Source: Octopus vulgaris (taxonomy: Eukaryota). From it: 64,000 nucleotides of DNA. Shown piece after piece: positions 58,501-64,000 of the stretch (position 1 is the stretch's first letter; each line of letters starts with the position of its first letter). The notes under the pieces are model-generated. The model had not been told where the DNA came from. It was given only the letters and a program-made list of their open reading frames with translations, and did not search any database. The stretch covers positions 88,722,001-88,786,000 of the forward strand of contig OX597819.1 of NCBI GenBank assembly GCA_951406725.2. Direction: 5' to 3'. The translations under genes and the position numbers were made by a program.

Positions 58501-59991
58501 CTAAACAGTAATGTATGTTACTACTAGTGTAGCTGGCAGGAGTGGGTGGGGAATAGGAGCAGTCCATCTGCACCAGGCAGTACTTTTGGGTGCTGTTCAA
58601 GAATTTGGACCTGGAGATCTCCATTTCTAGCAACTTCAAGGGCCACCTCCTAGTGGTGTCGGACGTCAACGAAGAGCCCTTGACTACAACAAGACGACCT
58701 AAGTTTTTTTCCCCCCCAAGGTCTGGGGGTCTCCCGCCCCTAAGCCCTAGACCATCACCTTTCGGGGTCGATAAATTAAGTACCAGTTACGCATTGGAGT
58801 CAATATAATTGACTTAATCCGTCTGCCTGTCCTTGTTTGTCTCCTCTGTGTCTAGCCCCTTGTAAGTAGTAAAGAAATAGGTATTTCGTCTGCTGTTACG
58901 TTCTGAGTTCAACTTCCGCCGAGGTCGACTTCACCTTTCATCCTTTCGAGGTCGAAAAATTAAGTACCAGTTATGCAATGAGGTCGATGTAATCGACTTA
59001 ATCCGTTTGTCTGTCTTTGTTTGTTCCCTCTATGTTTAGCCCCTTGTGGGCAATAAAGAAATAAGAAACATCTGAACTCTTGACCAAGTCAAATATGTCA
59101 TTCATTTGGCTCTCCTATCTATAGGTTAATGTAGTAGTAAAGATCCTGAGAATTCAACTGTGTTACCAAGTATATACAGCCTGAGTATTCTACGCAAGGA
59201 TGCATATTTAAAAAAGTGTTCATGTTGTTTCAATCAAACCAACTGCAGGGGTATGGAGACCCTTTCATAAAATGTTGTTTGACCTACTAGAAAGAGTATT
59301 CACATCCCTCTCAAGTCTCACTCTAATGCTTTAAAAAAATGGATGGATGGGAGGATATCCATTATATATTTTTAAAGATATGAGAGTGAGTTGAAGAAAA
59401 TTTGGTTGCTATTTCTAGCAGGTTGAGCAATCCCCTAAAACAGTGTTTCTCAACCAGGGGTTCACATGACCCTTGAGGGTCCGTATAAGATTTTGTAATT
59501 AAAATTTATGTCCAATAAATCACTTATACTTCTACAGTACACAAAACATTTTAACATTTGTTTTTGTTTTGTTTTGTACAATTCCTAATACTTCATTATA
59601 AAAATATAATAGGATTTTTTTAAACATTGAAAGGCTATGGAGGTCCACCTGAGCAAAATAGGAATCAAAGCGACCACATGCAAAATATGGTTGGAAAGTA
59701 CTGCCCAAAAATATCCTGCATGTTGAGGTTTCAAATTAACTCTTGATTGTCTGCAAGTCTTTTTCTCTTTCTTTCCCTATAAGATTTTCAACAGATTCAT
59801 CCAGTGTCACTCACCTTGTGGCTGTCTCAGTGGGTGAAATGTGTGAATATCCATTGGATAATGAAGGTGATTGCGTACACGTTGTGCCCGATTACCATTA
59901 AACTTGTTAGTTTTCCAAATACTCTTCGTATGCCAGTCAGTCCAGTAGAGCTCATCTTCAAATAGGGTTAAAGCAAATGGATGTGGTAAAC
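16927..59991 (-). CDS. LRP4: LRP4 (LDL receptor-related protein 4) gene, 5'-partial, 24 coding exons in window
   Basis: The exons listed below have GT-AG ends and matching phases, totalling 3614 nt (2 nt + 1204 codons including stop). The order YWTD propeller-EGF x4, TM, NPSY and motifs such as [25 protein letters not shown]...[13 protein letters not shown] and [13 protein letters not shown] closely resemble vertebrate LRP4 as I recall it. Confidence 0.93.
17159..17551 (+). mobile_element. Non-autonomous Helitron-like element
   Basis: 5' TC-tttatatataaa; 3' hairpin cccgagcaatgctggg then CTA(T); internal duplication of about 70 bp (17298 and 17399). Confidence 0.7.
18746..18890 (-). CDS. LRP4: LRP4 exon (cytoplasmic NPxY motif)
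   Basis: [48 protein letters not shown]; cag/gtaag. Confidence 0.9.
19722..20230 (+). mobile_element. RTE-clade LINE 3' fragment
   Basis: C-terminal peptide VQERRLCWF...[20 protein letters not shown] (RTE-type RLRWFGH...GRPRKTW motif), then a 3'UTR ending gacgttaaa(tga)n. Confidence 0.75.
20270..20727 (+). mobile_element. RTE-type LINE 3'UTR fragment
   Basis: Same terminal catgctagcatggaaagcggacgttaaac(gat)n; inverse copy at about 36530-36815. Confidence 0.65.
21085..21752 (+). repeat. Dispersed repeat (probable retroelement 3' region) ending ctctctcactc(aat)n
   Basis: Segment 21310-21470 recurs inverted at about 52800-52950; bounded by simple repeats. Confidence 0.55.
21810..21897 (-). 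CDS. LRP4: LRP4 exon (transmembrane helix)
   Basis: [30 protein letters not shown]: hydrophobic run followed by basic residues; cag/gtaag. Confidence 0.9.
22060..22800. repeat. Degenerate minisatellite (unit about 27 bp) split by the Helitron-like element
   Basis: Units like gatgtagctagcagtcacataacctgct on both sides of 22272-22663. Confidence 0.65.
22272..22663 (+). mobile_element. Non-autonomous Helitron-like element
   Basis: A|TCtctctatatataaagctgaagttg ... cccgagcaacgccagg-tgatactg-CTAG|T; shares both termini with 17159-17551. Confidence 0.78.
24140..24198 (-). CDS. LRP4: LRP4 small exon (juxtamembrane two-Cys motif)
   Basis: [20 protein letters not shown]; tag/gtaag; phases fit. Confidence 0.82.
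24372..24619. repeat. Diverged inverted repeat with hammerhead-like motif in each arm
   Basis: tcctcagcttgattgttg...ctccagccttcttcaagtgttttgt is inverted against acaagacacctgaaaaaggctggag...caacaatcaagatgagga. Confidence 0.8.
25405..25489 (-). CDS. LRP4: LRP4 exon (Gly/Ser-rich stalk)
   Basis: [29 protein letters not shown]; cag/gtgag; phases 1/2 fit both neighbours. Confidence 0.8.
25574..25932. mobile_element. piggyBac-like MITE (TTAA ends, long TIRs)
   Basis: ttaaccctc...ctacaatgtcattc is inverted against gaatgacattgtag...tttaaatgctaaaaagttaa. Related copies at 39023-39250, about 57203-57416 and about 63533-63765. Confidence 0.7.
26555..27092 (+). mobile_element. SINE family A, expanded internal TA/CA microsatellite
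   Basis: Same head and tail; about 240 bp central microsatellite. Confidence 0.75.
27163..27276 (-). CDS. LRP4: LRP4 exon (last EGF repeat)
   Basis: [38 protein letters not shown]; tag/gtaag. Confidence 0.92.
27601..27938 (+). mobile_element. SINE family A
   Basis: Same head and tail sequence. Confidence 0.8.
28664..28808 (-). CDS. LRP4: LRP4 exon (end of propeller 4)
   Basis: [48 protein letters not shown]; cag/gtcag. Confidence 0.92.
28835..30763 (+). mobile_element. 5'-truncated non-LTR retrotransposon (CR1/L2-group LINE) with RT domain
   Basis: ORF 28866-30419 carries [41 protein letters not shown] and YADD. One frameshift near 30400 leads into 30367-30675. (AATC)5 tail; 11-bp TSD ataaataaata (28824-28834 and 30764-30774). 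Confidence 0.92.
31793..31941 (-). CDS. LRP4: LRP4 exon
   Basis: [50 protein letters not shown]; cag/gtaag. Confidence 0.92.
32771..32984 (+). mobile_element. SINE family B
   Basis: Same consensus; flanked by direct repeat aatatttatacacatacta (target-site duplication). Confidence 0.85.
33686..34115 (+). mobile_element. SINE family C (family-A head, RTE-type tail)
   Basis: Head as family A; tail ...aatattaccttatttggaaacaggtgagg...aaaagtggatg...gatga. Related copies near 6160-6600(-), 10920-11305(-), 35758-36190, 42565-43005, 43940-44365, 46450-46830(-). Confidence 0.7.
34185..34279 (-). CDS. LRP4: LRP4 exon (FWTD repeat)
   Basis: [31 protein letters not shown]; cag/gtgcg. Confidence 0.9.
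36342..36447 (-). CDS. LRP4: LRP4 exon
   Basis: [35 protein letters not shown]; cag/gtaag. Confidence 0.92.
37285..37397 (-). CDS. LRP4: LRP4 exon (YWTD repeat)
   Basis: [37 protein letters not shown]; tag/gtaag. Confidence 0.92.
37474..37789. repeat. Inverted repeat containing a hammerhead motif (minus strand)
   Basis: tatatgaatacatctatgtaaacag...atttcaagag is inverted against ctcttgaaat...tgtttatatagacatgttcatata; the left arm recurs singly at about 60335-60510. Confidence 0.8.
37585..37626 (-). ncRNA. Minimal type-I hammerhead ribozyme motif (Penelope-like)
   Basis: Minus strand: CTGATGA-AAGAG-tgataa-CTCTT-GAAA-tatGTA. Core and stem II intact; stem I weak. Confidence 0.6.
38478..38655 (-). 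CDS. LRP4: LRP4 exon (start of propeller 4)
   Basis: [59 protein letters not shown]; cag/gtgag. Confidence 0.93.
40027..40228 (-). mobile_element. SINE family B nested inside an older family-A SINE (about 39935-40475)
   Basis: Flanked by TSD aagggtcttct (40016-40026 and 40229-40239). Confidence 0.8.
40618..40749 (-). CDS. LRP4: LRP4 exon (EGF repeat)
   Basis: [44 protein letters not shown]; cag/gtgag. Confidence 0.93.
41161..42057 (+). mobile_element. Mariner transposon remnant (internally deleted, pseudogenised transposase)
   Basis: TA-flanked TIRs tgcggtggtatcaaaaagtt / tactttttggtaccacctca. Transposase remnants include [17 protein letters not shown] and ...[19 protein letters not shown]. 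Confidence 0.88.
42209..42431 (-). CDS. LRP4: LRP4 exon (end of propeller 3)
   Basis: [47 protein letters not shown]...[10 protein letters not shown]; tag/gtaac. Confidence 0.92.
44401..44563 (-). CDS. LRP4: LRP4 exon (YWTD repeats)
   Basis: [54 protein letters not shown]; cag/gtaag. Confidence 0.93.
45661..45919 (-). CDS. LRP4: LRP4 exon (YWTD repeats)
   Basis: [21 protein letters not shown]...[43 protein letters not shown]; cag/gtaag. Confidence 0.93.
46921..47058 (-). CDS. LRP4: LRP4 exon (start of propeller 3)
   Basis: [46 protein letters not shown]; cag/gtaaa. Confidence 0.92.
48050..48480 (-). mobile_element. Two tandem SINE family B copies
   Basis: Two units of about 205 bp separated by (AAT)n. 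Confidence 0.8.
48508..48639 (-). CDS. LRP4: LRP4 exon (EGF repeat)
   Basis: [43 protein letters not shown]; cag/gtgag. Confidence 0.93.
49244..49630 (+). mobile_element. SINE family A (diverged)
   Basis: Same organisation, tail ...gactgaaacaagtaaaaga. Confidence 0.7.
49960..50130. repeat. Tandem duplication, unit about 83 bp
   Basis: ctcaata(t)tacaagcaagtataaatcaaaataaacatac...ctcttatatatttata occurs twice, nearly identical. Confidence 0.9.
50505..50883 (-). mobile_element. tRNA-headed SINE family D
   Basis: Minus-strand start gaggcgcaatggcccaatggttagggcagcggactcgcggtcggaggatcgtggtttcaatttcc is tRNA-like; followed by a GC-rich body and simple-repeat tail. Confidence 0.7.
51224..51602 (-). 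mobile_element. SINE family A
   Basis: Near-identical to 4013-4379 and 7424-7811. Confidence 0.85.
51620..52140 (+). mobile_element. RTE-clade LINE 3' fragment
   Basis: [19 protein letters not shown] peptide, same 3'UTR and (gat)n tail. Confidence 0.7.
52275..52464 (-). CDS. LRP4: LRP4 exon (end of propeller 2)
   Basis: [30 protein letters not shown]...[11 protein letters not shown]; cag/gtatg. Confidence 0.92.
53692..53893 (-). CDS. LRP4: LRP4 exon (YWTD repeats)
   Basis: [67 protein letters not shown]; aag acceptor, gtatt donor. Confidence 0.9.
53975..54530 (+). mobile_element. RTE-clade LINE 3' fragment with internal minisatellite
   Basis: [24 protein letters not shown] peptide, then repeats of gtgccatgtaaaaagcactggtgatg at a period of about 29 bp (54290-54520). 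Confidence 0.7.
54633..54820 (-). CDS. LRP4: LRP4 exon (YWTD repeats)
   Basis: [62 protein letters not shown]; cag/gtaag. Confidence 0.93.
54847..55540 (-). mobile_element. Three tandem SINE family B copies
   Basis: Three units of about 215 bp separated by (AAT)n tracts, filling one LRP4 intron. Confidence 0.85.
55584..55792 (-). CDS. LRP4: LRP4 exon (start of propeller 2)
   Basis: [20 protein letters not shown]...[22 protein letters not shown]; cag/gtata. Confidence 0.92.
56226..56612 (+). mobile_element. SINE family A
   Basis: Full-length copy, CpGs retained. Confidence 0.85.
56787..57023 (+). mobile_element. SINE family B with 16-bp TSD
   Basis: TSD aagcagtatacagaca at 56771-56786 and 57024-57039. 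Confidence 0.88.
58203..58328 (-). CDS. LRP4: LRP4 exon (EGF repeat)
   Basis: [42 protein letters not shown]; cag/gtgag. Confidence 0.93.
59441..59703. mobile_element. hAT-type MITE
   Basis: TIRs cagtgtttctcaacc / ggttggaaagtactg; 8-bp flanks ccctaaaa / cccaaaaa. Confidence 0.7.
59815..59991 (-). CDS. LRP4: LRP4 exon (end of beta-propeller 1)
   Basis: ag|[59 protein letters not shown]|gtgag. Confidence 0.93.
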
Positions 59992-60435
59992 CTTAAAGGA
60001 GAAAGAATGAACAATGAAAGCAAATGTATTTCATATATAATGATTATAAAGTTAATATGTCCATATACATCATCACCCTTGTTTTAAAGTTCACTTTTCC
60101 ATGTAAACAGAAGGAATTTGTTTAGGTGGATGCCCTTCCTGTCACCAACCCTCACTTGTTTCCAAGTAAGGTAATATTTCCCCTATGACCACACATGTCT
60201 TAGAAGAATGGAAACAAAAGACACTGCTGACATGATGGTGAAACTCACTCACAATTATCAAGCAATGTCAAGGTAAAGAAACAGTAACACATACATTAAA
60301 AAAATGCACAAATAAGTATTTTAAGTGATAATCTATAGATTTTCTATAGAATTCAGAGCTAGTACTACCATTTTGTATATGAACATGTCTATGTAAACAA
60401 TGGGATTGAAGATAGAAAATATAGGCAATAGATGT

Positions 60436-60476
60436 ATATGCATATTTCAAGAGTTATTGCTCTTTCATCAGCATTA
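60436..60476 (-). ncRNA. Minimal hammerhead motif, second copy of the same family
   Basis: Minus strand: CTGATGA-AAGAG-caataa-CTCTT-GAAA-tatgca. Confidence 0.55.
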
Positions 60477-60743
60477 TATCCAACCCATTAACTATCCACA
60501 AGCACATTGCTTAAATACCAACTAAGTTTAACAGTGTAACACTACTGGATAAACCAATTTACATGATAAACACATTCCTGGCAGTTGGTATGTAAATATT
60601 AATTACAAGAACGGACACAGTATTTCATTTTGCAACTATATGCCACCAAGTATATAAAAGGTTTACAAGTCAATACTGTGTCTTACTTTTTGTGTTAGAA
60701 GTGTGATATTTTCAATATTCTCATTTTTAAAGCGATAAACTAT

Positions 60744-60784
<41 letters not shown>

Positions 60785-61489
60785 TGCATGACAGCTTCTT
60801 TCAGTTTCCATCTATCAAATTCACTCACAAGCCTTTGGTCAGCCCAAGACTATTGTAGAAGACACTTGCCCAGCATGCTACACAGTGGGGTTGAACCCAA
60901 AACCATGAGTTTGGGAAGCAAACTTCTTACTACAAAGCCACACCAGTGCCTAAACCAAAACTCTTAAACAAACTTTTAATTCAATCTAAAATTAAAGTAA
61001 AATCTTTAAATTTTGAATTTCAATATATTTTAATAAAAAAAATATTGCTTTTAATATTCATCCAAACCACCTTCGCTCAAAACTCACTCCTCGGCAACTA
61101 CAGATCTCATTCACTGTGAATACTTTTTTTTGCTACTTCTAGTCTCCTTCTTAAAAACTTAAATTCTTGTCTTTATTACTTCTCCCCCACTGCCATGACA
61201 ATACTGTTACAAAAATTATAAAATTTTAAAGAAACGAAGGAAATATTGTTTAGGTGTAGCAAGGAAAATAATTCAAAGTACTTTCATATTTCATTATTAT
61301 ATAACATTTGAATTTTTCTTTTAAATGTAATGCTTAAAAGTTATTAAATATTTTGAAGTTGTTATTTATTTTGATCTTATAAATGTTTTGCATTTATTTC
61401 ACAAATATTTTCATTTCCCTTTCATATTTCACTCTTTCATAAGTTTTGATCTTTCTTTAAATGTTAGAGAAAGACTTTGGACAAAGTTG

Positions 61490-61531
<42 letters not shown>

Positions 61532-62199
61532 ACAAAAAAACAAGATATTATATATATTACAATAACTAGGGAAAAAAACATTCAGACAGCAATAAGATAT
61601 TATATTACAATAACTAGGAAAAAAATGAAAATATCCAGACTGTAATAAAATGTATTACAATAACTAAAAGTTAAAAAAAAAATAAAATTAAGAAAAAAAA
61701 AACTCCCAGACAGTAATGTTTCTCCTCTGATGGTAAATTTTGAAATGGAAAATACAAAGTTATTACAATAAATTTATTATGAAACTTTATTTCTTTGCAG
61801 CTATAATATAAATTTTTCTTACAAAGTCAAACCATGTATAACCTTACTATGGACTTAGGCCTATCACATATTTTTTGGCAGCTTGGGACTAGGATCAAAC
61901 TCAATGATCTTCTAAGTTGTTAAATAACAACAAAATCAGTTGCTTTATTTTTCACCCCAAATAAGTAAAGAGGCTTTCTTGTGTACCTTCTTTCACAGTA
62001 GAACTTAATACATGTGGATATGATTACATCCACACATATGTTTATGTACATTTATATAACATTTATATATATGTTTATGTACATTTATATAACTCCATCA
62101 TTCTGCATATTGCAATCTAGCCAGTGAGACTTGGAAGAGCATAGTAGGGATGGATAGAAGACTAAATATATTCCATCAAAGGTGCTATATATATATATA

Positions 62200-62407
62200 G
62201 CATATGGTGTAGAGGTTAAGAGCACGAGCTACTAATCCCAAAATTCCAAGTTTGATTGTTATAATAATAACAACATCGAAAAATACCTTAGGAATGAGAA
62301 CCCAGGTTTGAAATTTTCCCAAGACACCTGATGAAGGCTGGAGGGTATATCAGCTAAAACGTTGTGCTAACAACAAAGAAGATGAGGACGAATAACTGTC
62401 AAATGTA

Positions 62408-62412
<5 letters not shown>
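62200..62412 (+). mobile_element. tRNA-headed SINE-like element with hammerhead-like tail
   Basis: Head gcatatggtgtagaggttaagagcacgagctactaatccc...agtttgatt; tail agacac-CTGATGA-aggctg-gagggtatat-cagct-AAAA-cgtt-gtg; inserted in (TA)n. Confidence 0.65.
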
Positions 62413-62450
<38 letters not shown>

Positions 62451-62452
<2 letters not shown>

Positions 62453-62661
62453 AGATGGTGCTGAAAATTTCCTGGCTTTATGGGTATTCCAAAAGGCCTG
62501 GTTGAAGGTTCAAACTTCCAAGTTATTTTACAGGGCTTAGAAAAACTGAAGGACTGTTGCAATAAGTATTTGAATCTGAGAGGGGAATATGTTCAATAAA
62601 ATCATAATTAACTGATCTTCCTGTATTTTCTTTTACCCAAAGCCAGGAACTTTTCTGTACT

Positions 62662-62666
<5 letters not shown>
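62451..62666 (+). mobile_element. Mariner-derived MITE
   Basis: TIRs gtgctgaaaatttcctggcttt / aaagccaggaacttttctgtac; retains a transposase C-terminal remnant GLEKLKDCCNKYLNLRGEYVQ*. Confidence 0.75.
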
Positions 62667-62698
<32 letters not shown>

Positions 62699-64000
62699 TG
62701 TGTGTGTGCATGCACACGCATGCATGCATGCACTTTACTATTTCCTGGCTCTGACATTACATGATGTTTGAAAACTAGTGCCACAGTCATTCAAGCATTG
62801 TTCTTTGTATCCAATGTTCTGTGAAAACATGTCTGGTTATCTGGAAATATCACCTTACTTGGAATCAGGTAAGGGCATCAATTCATAGAAAATATGTCTC
62901 AACAACCTGAAGCCAACCCATGTGAGCATGGAAAAGTTGATGTTAAAATGATGACTATGATGATAATGTTTCAAGGAATGTGTCAGTTTATTTCTCCATC
63001 TTGTGATGGCTTTAAGAAACATGATCAAGAGAACATGCCCATTTAAACGAATAGTTGTAAATTATTGATTTATCGTCACAAAATTACTGGGTTTTGATTT
63101 ATTGATATTAAAAGACCAAACATTTAAATGACTTACAACTCTGAACCCATGATATATTTATACACTGAGCTCAGATAGTCTGTTGTCAACAAGATTTACC
63201 ATAGCAGTAGTAGTAATTGTTGCTTAATCCCAGCTCAATTCTGACTGAAGTAACTTATGATCAAAGATGTTCCAATCATGACCATCCAGCATTTTCAAAC
63301 ATTGTAGCTAGTTCTACTTTCTCTAATATTCTAGACTGACTAGATAAAGATAAACCAATGAGAGAGACTCTACATGGCTGCCCAACCTGCTAGAAATAGC
63401 AGGTAACTTCCCTTCAAATTACACTCTACTGTCTTAAATAACAGGACACACATCTATTTTAAAATGCTCCTGCTGTTTACTGTGATCACTTGTATCATTT
63501 TACGGTCTTTAGAGCTAAATAGATTAGATAATTTAACTCTTTAGCATTAAAACTGGTCATATCCAACCCAAAATATACTACCTGTTTTATGTTCAAACTG
63601 GCTGCAACCGGCCTCTCACATCTATGCTACAATGTTATTCCAAAAAAATATAATCACATCATAGATATCTCAAAGCTATGAGATAATGCATGATTAATTC
63701 AAAATTAATTATGTGAAGAAACAAACATCTGTATTTGACAATGTAATCCCAATGAGTAAAAGGTAGTGTATTAATGTAAGATCTCAGGAGGCTGGTCCTC
63801 ATAAACAGATTACAAAAGACAACTGGTGATATGCTGTGGTGGTAAAGGAAGTAGCAGCAATGCTTGCAGTGACAGACGTAGCGGTGGTGGTGGTGGTAGT
63901 ATTTGCCTCAAAACAGAAAAACATTAGTGATAAAATATATACAGCTGTTCCTTCAGTTAGTAGTCAAAACACCAAAACAACCAACTTTAACTATGCTAGA

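Noticed and set aside
16927-59991. Alternative identity as LRP5/6, LRP1 or LRP2
   Set aside because: There are no LDLa repeats between the last propeller and the TM and no PPPSP motifs (unlike LRP5/6). There is no EGF cluster before the TM (unlike LRP1). Four consecutive propeller-EGF units with a single NPSY fit LRP4.
61545-61665. Three copies of tattacaataacta
   Set aside because: Short AT-rich local tandem repeat with no further structure.
60000-64000. Search for the next upstream LRP4 exon
   Set aside because: No YWxD-type reading frame with suitable splice sites was found; the exon is probably beyond the window.

Overview
AT-rich eukaryotic genomic DNA, dense in microsatellites and SINEs. 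The repeat landscape looks like an octopod cephalopod (inference). The main feature is the 3' part of an LRP4 (LDL-receptor-related protein 4 / Megf7) gene on the minus strand: 24 coding exons (59991 down to 16927) with canonical GT-AG junctions that join in frame to about 1200 codons. They encode the end of YWTD beta-propeller 1, propellers 2-4, four EGF repeats, a transmembrane helix, an NPSY motif and the stop codon; the 5' exons lie beyond the right edge. Introns and the 3' flank hold several tRNA-headed SINE families, a 5'-truncated CR1-group LINE with a long open RT frame, RTE LINE 3' ends, mariner, hAT, piggyBac-like and Helitron-like non-autonomous elements, and a solo LTR. The most notable unannotated signal is a set of short elements carrying Penelope-type minimal hammerhead-ribozyme motifs (CUGANGA - stem II - GAAA - palindromic stem III). 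Four of them are long fold-back inverted repeats and one forms the tail of a tRNA-headed SINE. All calls come from reading the sequence by eye; repeat boundaries are approximate.
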